IMG/VR virus record: IMGVR_UViG_3300026488_000006
Span: 1-39,192 of that record
Source: a virus
Length of the DNA stretch: 39,192 nt
Strand: one strand, 5' to 3'
A model generated the notes under the pieces. It searched no databases. It was given only the letters and a program-made list of their open reading frames with translations, and was not told where the DNA came from. A program made the translations under genes and the position numbers. Positions within the stretch are counted from its first letter, which is position 1. Each line of letters opens with the position of its first letter. Shown in pieces: positions 27,847 to 35,791 of the stretch.

Positions 27847-27860
27847 CCTATATAATATTG
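27847..27860 (+). promoter_or_regulatory. TATA-like box (CCTATATAATATTG) for the 27878 gene, probably leaderless
   Basis: AT-rich box about 20 nt upstream of the GTG start, in the divergent intergenic region shared with the giant gene. Confidence 0.4.
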
Positions 27861-27877
27861 TACAACGTATCCCCTAA

Positions 27878-28189
27878 GTGGTGATTAGCGTGCCGTCCCA
27901 CCGCTACCACAAAGCCCTTAACCGGCTCGTGCTCGGCGACGACTGCGAGCCCGTGAACCTCATCAAGGACGCACCCTACCGGCTCTTTCCCGGCAAAAAG
28001 CACCGGCAGTACTTCCACGACCGGGCCACGAACTTCTGGCTCGGCATTCTCCTTGGGCCGAAGGCCTTCCTTGCCGGTGAGCTCCACGACTGGCTGGATA
28101 GGGAGTTCATCGAGGACAGGGAAACGGGCCGGCTCGTCCCGCGAGAAAAGTGGATAACTAAGAGGCGCCGGCGAAAGAAGAGGCGTTAG
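27878..28189 (+). CDS. Hypothetical protein (103 aa) with strongly basic C-terminus (KRRRRKKRR)
   Basis: GTG start just downstream of the TATA-like box; stop overlaps the stop of the convergent gene (TTAG). Confidence 0.5.
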   Translation: MVISVPSHRYHKALNRLVLGDDCEPVNLIKDAPYRLFPGKKHRQYFHDRATNFWLGILLGPKAFLAGELHDWLDREFIEDRETGRLVPREKWITKRRRRKKRR

Positions 28190-28428
28190 CCTTCCTTTTT
28201 CCGGGGCCGGATGATGGCCACGCGCCCCGGCAGGAGGAAAACCTCCAGCTCCTCGCCCGGCTCGTAGAAGCCGAACGGGATAAATACTGCGATGCCCCTG
28301 TCGTTGAACTTCGACGCCTTCCGGATGAGCCTCACACCCTCTTTGTCCTTGATTTTGACCTGCCGAGCGAGCTTCGGCTTCGGTCCTTTCACGATTACCT
28401 TGTCCTGACGAACCTCGACCTCCGTCAT
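28186..28428 (-). CDS. Small basic hypothetical protein (80 aa), possible DNA-binding protein
   Basis: Track ORF 28186..28632; ATG at 28428 after RBS GGGGTGGTGGGA; the longer track ORF runs into promoter DNA. Confidence 0.5.
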   Translation of the reverse strand: MTEVEVRQDKVIVKGPKPKLARQVKIKDKEGVRLIRKASKFNDRGIAVFIPFGFYEPGEELEVFLLPGRVAIIRPRKKEG

Positions 28429-28527
28429 TCCCACCACCCCGATGATGTTTTGTTTAAACGAGTATATAAAGGATTCCCCGGCCGAGCTCGGGAGCGAGCC
28501 GGAGCGATTACTACTGCCCGACGTGCC

Positions 28528-28563
28528 GTTGCAAAAAAGTTGTAAAAACGGCAGATTTTTAAG
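28528..28563 (+). promoter_or_regulatory. Conserved early-promoter element (GTTGCAAAAAAGTTGTAAAAACGGCAG plus TATA-like ATTTTTAAGG)
   Basis: 24 of 27 nt identical to 29887-29913; same distance (57-58 nt) from motif end to the start codon. Confidence 0.5.
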
Positions 28564-28611
28564 GTCTAAACTGCTAATATATTTTGAAGAACGCAAAGGT
28601 GGTGGTGAAAA

Positions 28612-28800
28612 ATGGCGAAGGAAAGAATACACCTCGGATGGGCTTCTGTGGACGTGGAGAGGTACGCAGTGAAGGGAAAAGACGGTAGGTGGTATATCAG
28701 ACAGCAGAGCAACCGTGCGGGAGACCCTGGGTACATGATAGCGGTTGTCAGGACGAGGGAAGAAGTCGAAAAGTACAGGATTGGTGAGGTGAGAGCATGA
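28612..28800 (+). CDS. Small hypothetical protein (62 aa)
   Basis: RBS AGGTGGTGGTGA before ATG; first gene of the plus-strand operon. Confidence 0.55.
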   Translation: MAKERIHLGWASVDVERYAVKGKDGRWYIRQQSNRAGDPGYMIAVVRTREEVEKYRIGEVRA

Positions 28801-29102
28801 GCGTCGAGCGCGTGACGGACGCCCTTGTGGATGCCTACCAGCTTCTCGACCTCTCCGAGCGCCTCATCGAGGAGCTCGAAAGCGCCCCGCTCTCCGAGCT
28901 CCCGCGCCTACTTCAGTTTTTGAAAAAGAACATCCGCGACGCGAAGGCGCTGATAAACGACGCCGAGGCCGAGCTCGACAAGACGGTCAGGGAGCTCGAT
29001 GAGGCAGAGGTGAAAGACCTACTCGTTGATATGGAGGTTGAAGAAACCAGGCGCTACGAGGCGCTCGCGAGGGAAGCTGACCGCGCGGGGGTGATGTTAT
29101 GA
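28797..29102 (+). CDS. Hypothetical acidic coiled-coil protein (101 aa)
   Basis: RBS GGTGAGGTGAGAGC; ATGA start/stop overlap. Confidence 0.55.
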   Translation: MSVERVTDALVDAYQLLDLSERLIEELESAPLSELPRLLQFLKKNIRDAKALINDAEAELDKTVRELDEAEVKDLLVDMEVEETRRYEALAREADRAGVML

Positions 29103-29335
29103 AGCTGGTCATAACCATAGCCGACGAGCTGGACGAGTGGTTTTCAAAAATGAGCTTCAAAATCGAGAAGGACGGCAAAACGATACTTAACGACGAGATG
29201 ACCAACTGGGACAACTCAGCGTTTGAGGAATGGTTGGTGGATATGTTTGTGGAGGTTCTGAAGAACTTAAAAGAAGTGGATGAATGGGCCTTTAAGAAGG
29301 CCCTTCAGCGCTTCGTCGGAGGTGATGGACAATGA
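29099..29335 (+). CDS. Hypothetical protein (78 aa)
   Basis: RBS GGGGGTGATG; ATGA overlap. Confidence 0.55.
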   Translation: MKLVITIADELDEWFSKMSFKIEKDGKTILNDEMTNWDNSAFEEWLVDMFVEVLKNLKEVDEWAFKKALQRFVGGDGQ

Positions 29336-29535
29336 AGGTCACGAAAGTTGAGCGCTTTAAGAGGACCTCACGGGTCTGGTTCGACGACGGCACAATCGCG
29401 ATAATCTACGACCTCGGCGGGAAGGACTGGGCGAGCGTCATCACGGCGGACAAAAAAGACATCACGGCGACGCAGAGGGGGCGCGCCTACCTGGCTGAGG
29501 CATACCGCGCCCTAGCGGAGGAGGTGGGCGTATGA
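29332..29535 (+). CDS. Hypothetical protein (67 aa)
   Basis: RBS GGAGGTGATGG; ATGA overlap. Confidence 0.55.
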   Translation: MKVTKVERFKRTSRVWFDDGTIAIIYDLGGKDWASVITADKKDITATQRGRAYLAEAYRALAEEVGV

Positions 29536-29687
29536 GGTGGGTGGTCATCTCCCGCGACCGCGAGCTCAAGGTCGAGACAGCGACGAACCAAAAGGAGGCA
29601 TTATTTAGGCAGAAGCTCCACCGCAACGCCCTCGCCCTACCAGTCCGCGAGGTCCCAACTCTTATCCACCTCCTCCAGCACCTTTGA
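29532..29687 (+). CDS. Small hypothetical protein (51 aa)
   Basis: Not in the ORF track. RBS GGAGGTGGG before ATG; ATGA overlap with upstream stop; followed by an oligo-T tract. Confidence 0.4.
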   Translation: MRWVVISRDRELKVETATNQKEALFRQKLHRNALALPVREVPTLIHLLQHL

Positions 29688-29688
29688 A

Positions 29689-29747
29689 CCTTCTTTTTTT
29701 CGCCCGCTTTATAACCCGGTTATAATTTCTCACAACCGGGTTTTGCC
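29689..29747 (+). terminator. Terminator-like element: oligo-T plus palindrome TTATAACCCGGTTATAA and AACCGGGTTTTGCC
   Basis: T9 run immediately after the operon's last stop; about 80 percent identical to 30326-30382. Confidence 0.45.
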
Positions 29748-29886
29748 TGGGGGGCTACATATATACTACATATAATTCCACGCCCCAAGTTTCACCACGA
29801 TAACTTAGTTTTAGCAGTTGATAACTCGGTTATGTCGCGTGAGTTTCTGACGCGACTCCGAGGCGCTCTCAGACGCGAGAACTTTG

Positions 29887-29932
29887 TTGCAAAAAAGTTT
29901 CAAAAACGGAAGGTTTATATATGTGTTTAAAC
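29887..29932 (+). promoter_or_regulatory. Conserved early-promoter element, second copy (GTTGCAAAAAAGTTTCAAAAACGGAAG plus TATA-like GTTTATATATG and GTTTAAAC)
   Basis: See 28528-28563. Confidence 0.5.
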
Positions 29933-29969
29933 ATAAGAGAGAACGAAGAATGTGATAGAGGTGGTCGTG

Positions 29970-30323
29970 ATGGAGAAGGTGAGAATCATACCGCACAGGT
30001 TTGAGGACAAGGAAGAGTACATCAACGCCCTCGTCGGGACCTGGAAGCGCAACTGGGAAATCTTCAAGAAGGAGCACCCGCGCGTCGCTAAGCGCTTTGA
30101 GGAGGCAGTCGAGAAGTACGGCGGTATGGATACTATGCTTAGGAAGTTCGCAGAAGACATAGCTTTTGACAAGCGGAGGACGAGGGTTCAGGTTCCCCTC
30201 ACATGCAGAAGATACTTATACAATGACTACGGTATGAGCATCAAGTTCTACGACGACGGCGACATCGTGTATGCGAGGGGCTCAATCAGCTCAAGCGTCC
30301 GCGACATCCTGGGTGTTTGCTGA
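29970..30323 (+). CDS. Hypothetical protein (about 117 aa)
   Basis: Track ORF 29952..30323; ATG at 29970 after RBS GAGGTGG. Confidence 0.55.
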   Translation: MEKVRIIPHRFEDKEEYINALVGTWKRNWEIFKKEHPRVAKRFEEAVEKYGGMDTMLRKFAEDIAFDKRRTRVQVPLTCRRYLYNDYGMSIKFYDDGDIVYARGSISSSVRDILGVC

Positions 30324-30325
30324 CC

Positions 30326-30382
30326 CTTCTTTTTTCGCCCGCCTTATAACTCGGTTATAGCTTTTCTTAACTCGGTTTTGCC
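30326..30382 (+). terminator. Terminator-like element, second copy: oligo-T plus palindrome TTATAACTCGGTTATAG and AACTCGGTTTTGCC
   Basis: Immediately after the stop of 29970..30323; homologous to 29689-29747. Confidence 0.45.
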
Positions 30383-30512
30383 AAGGAAGGACACGTAACC
30401 CTCACCCCCAACTCTATGTTTAAACTCCCGCAACCCCGACCTTTACAGATGCAAAACCTTAAATACCCCTTTTGCAAAAATCTTATACGAACAACGTCAA
30501 GGGGGTGGCACT

Positions 30513-31598
30513 GTGGACGACGAGGAAAAGCGCGAGAAGGCCGGGGAAAACCGCCCCGACGACTTCAGCGAGCTCGACGACCTTTTAGAAGCCCTTATGG
30601 GCGCCGAGGAGGTGGCAGAAGACAGCCAAAGCGAGGAACCACCCGACGACGCCAAAGAACCACCCGCCGAACCCAAACACAGAAAGTACGCCCCAAACCC
30701 GTACAGCAAAATCAAAGACATCCCCGAAGACTTCCTCACGTTCCTCCTTGAGACGGACGCGAAGTGGGCAAAGCGCAAGCTGTGGCGCGGAATCATCAGA
30801 AGCATCTACGAGAACCCGCGCGCGCACTCGACAGACATTGCCAAGCTCCTCGACACGACGCCCTCCACCGTCATGCGCACCGCCGAGCGATATAGGGCTA
30901 TGTGGAACGAGCTTCGCGAGGACTACGAGGAGTGGAAGCGGAAGCTTGAGGAAGGCGTCCCGGGCGAGTTAGAGTCGAAGCTCCCACCAACCAAAGCCCC
31001 TTCCCCACAGCCGGCCCCGGAGCCGGCGCCGAAGAAGCGTGGGGGCTCGAAGAGCTCTACGGGTGGCGAGAAAGAAGAAAAAATCCCGCAGAAGCTCTAC
31101 GAGTTCACCAAGAGCACGACGACCTTCAAAGAGATTGATAAGACGCTTAGCGAAGTGCTCGGTGCTCAGTTCCACGATACGGCGGTTAGAAAGGAAGTTT
31201 ACGCCCGGCTCGGCGAACTGCTGATTTTCAGCCTCCTCCAGCTCGGTGTGGTCGAGCGTGATAAAATAGTCGCCTACTCTGAACAGCTCTCGACCGACCC
31301 GGACAGGCTCTACGAGTACGTCAAAAACCAGCTCGACGCCGTTCTCCGCTTAACCGACGCCGAGACGCTCCAGCGCGTCTGGGTCGAGCTAACCGCGCTC
31401 AGGCGCCAGGTCAGGGCACTCGAAGCGACCGCCGACATGCTCAGCGACACGCTAAAAGAGTACGAGGACGCCATCCGGTTCCTCATGGGTCTTCTCACGC
31501 GCGACCAGCTCGAAAAGTTCTCCGCGTATGTGTTTATGAAGGAGTTTATGAAGCAGTACGCGCCCCTGCAGGGCGCCGTTCCTGGAGGTGGTAGATGA
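30513..31598 (+). CDS. Hypothetical protein (361 aa) with acidic N-terminus and a helix-turn-helix-like segment; possible transcription regulator
   Basis: RBS GGGGGTGG before GTG; segment RAHSTDIAKLLDTTPSTVMRTAERYRAMWNE resembles an HTH; C-terminal codons form the next gene's RBS. Confidence 0.55.
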   Translation: MDDEEKREKAGENRPDDFSELDDLLEALMGAEEVAEDSQSEEPPDDAKEPPAEPKHRKYAPNPYSKIKDIPEDFLTFLLETDAKWAKRKLWRGIIRSIYENPRAHSTDIAKLLDTTPSTVMRTAERYRAMWNELREDYEEWKRKLEEGVPGELESKLPPTKAPSPQPAPEPAPKKRGGSKSSTGGEKEEKIPQKLYEFTKSTTTFKEIDKTLSEVLGAQFHDTAVRKEVYARLGELLIFSLLQLGVVERDKIVAYSEQLSTDPDRLYEYVKNQLDAVLRLTDAETLQRVWVELTALRRQVRALEATADMLSDTLKEYEDAIRFLMGLLTRDQLEKFSAYVFMKEFMKQYAPLQGAVPGGGR

Positions 31599-32779
31599 TG
31601 GAAGCCGTGCAGGTCGAAAAGACCGCCGAGGAGGCGCCGACCGAGGTGCCGAAGCTCGAAGAGTTTCTCCCCGTCGGAGAAGCCCAGCCCGCCGAGGAAA
31701 ACGCCCCAGAGCTCCCGAAAGAGGTGCAGAACCAGATTGCGACGACAATCGTCCAGGGCCAGATGGCCGGCCTAAGCGAGGAGGAGATAAAGGAGAAAAT
31801 CAAGGAGCGCTACGGCCTAAGCGACGAGGAAGCTGAGCTCACGATGCAGATGATAATGAAGTACCTCGACCGCTCCCAGAGACAGGAATACGAGCTCAAG
31901 AAGACCGCACTCGGAATGATGCCGGCGCTCGCGGAGACTATGGCGCAGAGCCAGAACCCGCTCGCCCCGCTGATTATGCAACGCCTCATCGAGATGGCCG
32001 GATTCAAGGAGGAGAAAGACGACTTCGTGAAGGACATCGTGGAGGCGAAAAAGCAACTCTACAAGGTCAAGATGATAAGCGAGGTGCTCAAGGACGACGA
32101 GGGCAAAAAGTCCGGCTCGTTCGACGCGCTCATCCTTGAGATGATACGTCAGATGGAGCGGGAGAAGGCCGAGGCCCAAAAGATGCTCTACCAGCTCCTC
32201 CTTGAGGAGCGGAACAGGAAGGACAGTGGGGAGACCGAGGCGCTAAAAGAGGCACTCGTGAAGTTCATAGACGCGATAGACCAGCGCCTCGAAATGATGA
32301 TGGAGATGATACAGGAACAGAAGAGCACGCCGGTCAACGGGGGCCCGCGCTACAAGGACCCGCTTGAGGAGCTTTTGGAGCACCAGCAGAAGCTCAACCA
32401 GCTCCTTGAGACCCTCGAAAAGGCCGGGCTCGTGAAGCGCAACGATGACGAGTCCAGCCTCCTTGAGGCTCAGCTAAAGCTCAAGGAGTTCGAGCTCAAG
32501 CAGAAGGAAGTCGAGGCGAAGCAAATATTCTACTCGAAGCTCGCCGAGGCGCTGAGCAACCCACAGACGCTCCGGGTCATCTTCGACGGGCTCAGAGGCA
32601 TCTTCGCCGGGCTCCTCGGTAGGGCGCCGAGCCCACAGACCTTCAACAACGCCCTCGCTCAAGCACCTGTCCAGGCGCCGGCCCCCACGCCGGCCCCCGT
32701 CCCCAAGCCAGAACCGCCGGCGGACATTCCGAGCCTTGAGGAGTTCGTCCAGCAGGCCGGGGGTGAGGGTGGTGGCTGA
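31595..32779 (+). CDS. Coiled-coil rich hypothetical protein (394 aa)
   Basis: RBS GGAGGTGGT; ATGA overlap; E/K/Q/L-rich heptad-like sequence; Pro/Ala-rich region near the C-terminus. Confidence 0.6.
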   Translation: MMEAVQVEKTAEEAPTEVPKLEEFLPVGEAQPAEENAPELPKEVQNQIATTIVQGQMAGLSEEEIKEKIKERYGLSDEEAELTMQMIMKYLDRSQRQEYELKKTALGMMPALAETMAQSQNPLAPLIMQRLIEMAGFKEEKDDFVKDIVEAKKQLYKVKMISEVLKDDEGKKSGSFDALILEMIRQMEREKAEAQKMLYQLLLEERNRKDSGETEALKEALVKFIDAIDQRLEMMMEMIQEQKSTPVNGGPRYKDPLEELLEHQQKLNQLLETLEKAGLVKRNDDESSLLEAQLKLKEFELKQKEVEAKQIFYSKLAEALSNPQTLRVIFDGLRGIFAGLLGRAPSPQTFNNALAQAPVQAPAPTPAPVPKPEPPADIPSLEEFVQQAGGEGGG

Positions 32780-32987
32780 ACCGAACCCCAAGACAGTCGC
32801 AGTCTTCCGCTGGCTCGCCCAGACGCTCCGGGCGGGCTACAACAACCCCGCCGTGCTTTTGAAGGCGAAAGATGAGATAAAGAAAAACGAAAAGGTGATT
32901 GAGGGGGCGGTGAGGGATGCCATTCGGCCCGAATTTGAGGAATACGTCGAGCTCGTTAAGTCCCTCCTCGGCGGAGGCTCAGCTTGA
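32772..32987 (+). CDS. Small hypothetical protein (about 71 aa)
   Basis: Track ORF 32736..32987 begins at a TTG; an in-frame GTG at 32769/32772 follows RBS GGTGAGGGTG and is the more likely start. Confidence 0.45.
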   Translation: MAEPNPKTVAVFRWLAQTLRAGYNNPAVLLKAKDEIKKNEKVIEGAVRDAIRPEFEEYVELVKSLLGGGSA

Positions 32988-33306
32988 CAAAGCGCTTGAG
33001 GAGTACGACCGACTCTTTCAGGAGGAGTTCGAGCGGAAGAAGGCGATTTGGCTCAAGATGACGCAGGAACAGCGCGACCAGTACACCCGCACCGTGCTCG
33101 GCCGGATACTCAAGAAGGCCAAGGAAAACCCGCTTGAAGGACTAAAAGCCTTTGCCCAGCTCATAGGCTCGCCAGAGGGTGTTTTGGTGTGGGCCAACAT
33201 CTGGAAGCCGGAGTACTGGCCTTACGTGGCGGAAGTTACCGGGGAGGCCTACAAGCTGATGGTGAAGTTCGCCGTGCTCAGTGAGGTCGGGGGTGGGCAG
33301 AAGTGA
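32917..33306 (+). CDS. Hypothetical protein (up to 129 aa), start uncertain
   Basis: Overlaps the previous ORF by about 70 nt in the +1 frame; alternative start at ATG 33058 has a weak RBS; end is well defined (GTGA overlap with the next gene). Confidence 0.4.
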   Translation: MPFGPNLRNTSSSLSPSSAEAQLDKALEEYDRLFQEEFERKKAIWLKMTQEQRDQYTRTVLGRILKKAKENPLEGLKAFAQLIGSPEGVLVWANIWKPEYWPYVAEVTGEAYKLMVKFAVLSEVGGGQK

Positions 33307-33713
33307 GCCTCGAACTCATGCGCCGATGGGTCGCCTCGCTCCCGCCGGCGGAGCGGTCGCTCCCACTCCTCCACGTGGGCGAGGCCTTCTACACACCATT
33401 GCAAGCGCTCCGAGAAGTTGAAAAAGGTACAACGATTGGTGAAAAACTACAACAGCTCGTAGAGCAAGGGCGCTTTGGGACGGACTTAAACGCCCTTGCA
33501 AAGGCCCGCCTCCAGCTCCTCCTTGAGCGGGCGAAGGGCTACGAGATAGCCTCGCTCAGCGGGATAAGCATTCCCACTGACAAGCTCGCCAAGCTCGTGG
33601 CTCAAGGCGACCTATCAAATCCACTCATCCAAGAGCTCGCGGAGGCCGACCTCCTTCTCGCCCAACAGGCGCTCAAGCTCGGTAAAAAGCTCGCTGGAGG
33701 TGGTGGGAAATGA
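33303..33713 (+). CDS. Hypothetical protein (136 aa)
   Basis: RBS GGGGGTGGGCAG before GTG; GTGA overlap; Gly-rich C-terminal codons form the next RBS. Confidence 0.55.
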   Translation: MSLELMRRWVASLPPAERSLPLLHVGEAFYTPLQALREVEKGTTIGEKLQQLVEQGRFGTDLNALAKARLQLLLERAKGYEIASLSGISIPTDKLAKLVAQGDLSNPLIQELAEADLLLAQQALKLGKKLAGGGGK

Positions 33714-33997
33714 CGCCGGCTGAGCTCCTCGCTCAGGTTGAGGCGCTCCTCGACGCGGGGCGCTACAACGAGGCCCTTCGGCTCCTCGCCTCGGATAGGG
33801 CACTCTACCAGCGCGTCACTCAGGGCGTCATCAGGGCCCTTGAGAGCGACCCCCATGGCATCATCACGGACATAAACGGCAACGTGTGGCGCACGAGCGA
33901 CCTAATCCGCTACGTCAGAGCCGGCCACTGGTTCGGCCCGCTGTTCAACCTGCTCCGCTCCGAGGTCGAGCTCCTCCGGCGCCAGCTCGGGGGGTGA
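33710..33997 (+). CDS. Hypothetical protein (95 aa)
   Basis: RBS GGAGGTGGTGGG; ATGA overlap. Confidence 0.55.
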   Translation: MTPAELLAQVEALLDAGRYNEALRLLASDRALYQRVTQGVIRALESDPHGIITDINGNVWRTSDLIRYVRAGHWFGPLFNLLRSEVELLRRQLGG

Positions 33998-34767
33998 CGC
34001 CCTTGCTTTACATTTTGCCGACCACGCACGGTGTTGACGTGCCGAGCACGATAATGAAGAACGTCGCGCCCCAGATTGACGAGAGCCCGATAATCCTCTG
34101 GGACGGCGAAGCGACCGCCGAGAACGCCAGGAAGGCCATCCTTGGGCACAACCCGCCGTACATTTTCACGACCGGCCATGGGCTCCCGTGCGCCACCACG
34201 CTCCAGGACTTACAGCCGTTCATCAGCCTCGCAGAGCCCCAGATGAGCCCCTACTGTAAGGCCGAGCGCAACCTCGACATCGTGAAGGGTCGCGTCTGGC
34301 ACGTCCACTCGTGCTGGTGCGGGCTCCAACTCGCACAGGAGATGGTCAAAAGGGGCGCCTGGGCGGTCTTCGCCCACGACAAGGAGTTTTTATTCCTTAT
34401 GCCCAAGACGGGCAAGATTGACATCATTACCGCCACGCCGTTTCTCGCAGAGTTCACCGTTGACAGTGCAATGCTCAGCGGAATGACCGCCGGCGAGGCG
34501 CAGAAGGCAAGGGAAAAGGCCTATGACCATTGGCTCGACTACTTCCTCAAGGGCGAAGGGCAGAAGCTCGACCCGGCCCCGCTCGTGGCGCGCATCGTCC
34601 TCGCCGACAAGATGATTAGCAAGCTCTACGGCGACCCGACAGCAACTGTAACAAAGCCCGGACCAAGAAAGACCTTCCAGCTCGGCCTCCCTCTCGATAG
34701 GCCAGTGGGCGGTTCCGCCATTTGGCTCGCGCTCCCCGTGGCACTCCTGATGTTTGCAAGGGGGTGA
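33994..34767 (+). CDS. Hypothetical Cys/His-containing protein (about 257 aa) with C-terminal hydrophobic anchor
   Basis: Track ORF 33886..34767; in-frame GTG at 33994 overlaps the upstream stop (GTGA); conserved-looking His/Cys residues (HGLPCATT, HSCWCG); C-terminal AIWLALPVALLMF. Confidence 0.5.
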   Translation: MTPLLYILPTTHGVDVPSTIMKNVAPQIDESPIILWDGEATAENARKAILGHNPPYIFTTGHGLPCATTLQDLQPFISLAEPQMSPYCKAERNLDIVKGRVWHVHSCWCGLQLAQEMVKRGAWAVFAHDKEFLFLMPKTGKIDIITATPFLAEFTVDSAMLSGMTAGEAQKAREKAYDHWLDYFLKGEGQKLDPAPLVARIVLADKMISKLYGDPTATVTKPGPRKTFQLGLPLDRPVGGSAIWLALPVALLMFARG

Positions 34768-34771
34768 GCCT

Positions 34772-34939
34772 ATGGCGAGGCGCGACACCACCGCAATCCT
34801 CAAACGGCTAAAAAAGCGCCTCGACCGGGCGAGAAAAGCCCTCCTCGTTGAGGACAGCGCCACGGCGCTGGAGCACGTGGATTGGGCAATCCTTGAGCTC
34901 GAAGAGCTCGCCGAAGAAAGTGCGGAGGTGGGAGAGTGA
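34772..34939 (+). CDS. Small hypothetical protein (about 55 aa)
   Basis: Track ORF 34754..34939; ATG at 34772 after RBS GGGGGTGAG. Confidence 0.45.
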   Translation: MARRDTTAILKRLKKRLDRARKALLVEDSATALEHVDWAILELEELAEESAEVGE

Positions 34940-35295
34940 TACCGCCGAGCTGGGCCTACGGGATAAGTACGGGAAGCCTGCTAACGATGCTACTCGGCGT
35001 CCTCCTCGGGGCGACGCTCGGGACCATCATCGGCACCGAGATTGCTTACCGGCGCACCGAGCGGTGGCTACGAAAGCTCCTAACAGACAAAGAGTTTCAG
35101 AACCTCGCCGTCGGCTGGCTCAAGCGGACGGCTCAGCAGTTCGAGAACGAGTACGTGAAACCGAAAATCGAAAGCGAGGAGTTCCGCGAGCTCGTCAGGA
35201 AGGCGAAAGAACAGGCAATGCAGGCGCTCCTCGGGCCGGGCGAGCCCCCAACCGACGTGCCGAGCCTTGATGACTTCGTAGGGGGTGAGGGGTGA
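34936..35295 (+). CDS. Membrane protein (119 aa) with N-terminal TM helix
   Basis: RBS GGAGGTGGGAGA before GTG; hydrophobic N-terminus LLTMLLGVLLGATLGTIIG. Confidence 0.55.
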   Translation: MIPPSWAYGISTGSLLTMLLGVLLGATLGTIIGTEIAYRRTERWLRKLLTDKEFQNLAVGWLKRTAQQFENEYVKPKIESEEFRELVRKAKEQAMQALLGPGEPPTDVPSLDDFVGGEG

Positions 35296-35507
35296 TGGAC
35301 GTTGCCTTGTTAGCCGAGGTGTTGACGGCCATCCTGGCCGTCGTGAGCTTCCTCCTTGGAGCGAAGTGGAGGAAGGCAAAAGCCGTGCTCCGCGACCTCG
35401 CGAAGGCCCTCGAAGACACGTACCAAGCCCTCGAAGACGACAAGCTGACAAAGGAAGAGCTCAAGCAGTTGATAAAAGACTGGAAAAAAGTGCTGGAGAA
35501 CGTTTAG
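35295..35507 (+). CDS. Small membrane protein (about 70 aa), TM helix plus coiled coil
   Basis: ATG at 35295 after RBS GGGGGTGAGGGGTG; last gene of the plus operon. Confidence 0.5.
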   Translation: MDVALLAEVLTAILAVVSFLLGAKWRKAKAVLRDLAKALEDTYQALEDDKLTKEELKQLIKDWKKVLENV

Positions 35508-35788
35508 GCCCAGCCCCCGCCGTTTGGGCCGGGCCACTCCGGGCGGAGCCGTACTGGCTCCACCGCCCCTCTTTTTAGGAGCACGCCCCAGACGCCAGGG
35601 GGCATAGCGTTGGCCGTCACGAGGTCGCCCTTTCTGAACGGCCCGCGCGGGCCGTCCGGCGTCATAATGCCTTCTGGAAAGTCCATGAGGAACCGGTAGG
35701 CCCACTGCGGGGCCGGGCGCTCAGTTCTCGCCGTCCTGGCCTTCGGCCTCGCCTTCACCCAGCCGAGGAGGCTCGCCTGTGCCACCAC
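35504..35788 (-). CDS. Hypothetical protein (94 aa), last gene of the origin-spanning minus operon
   Basis: GTG start just after the upstream stop; its stop overlaps the stop of the convergent plus-strand gene. Confidence 0.45.
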   Translation of the reverse strand: MVAQASLLGWVKARPKARTARTERPAPQWAYRFLMDFPEGIMTPDGPRGPFRKGDLVTANAMPPGVWGVLLKRGAVEPVRLRPEWPGPNGGGWA

Positions 35789-35791
35789 CCA

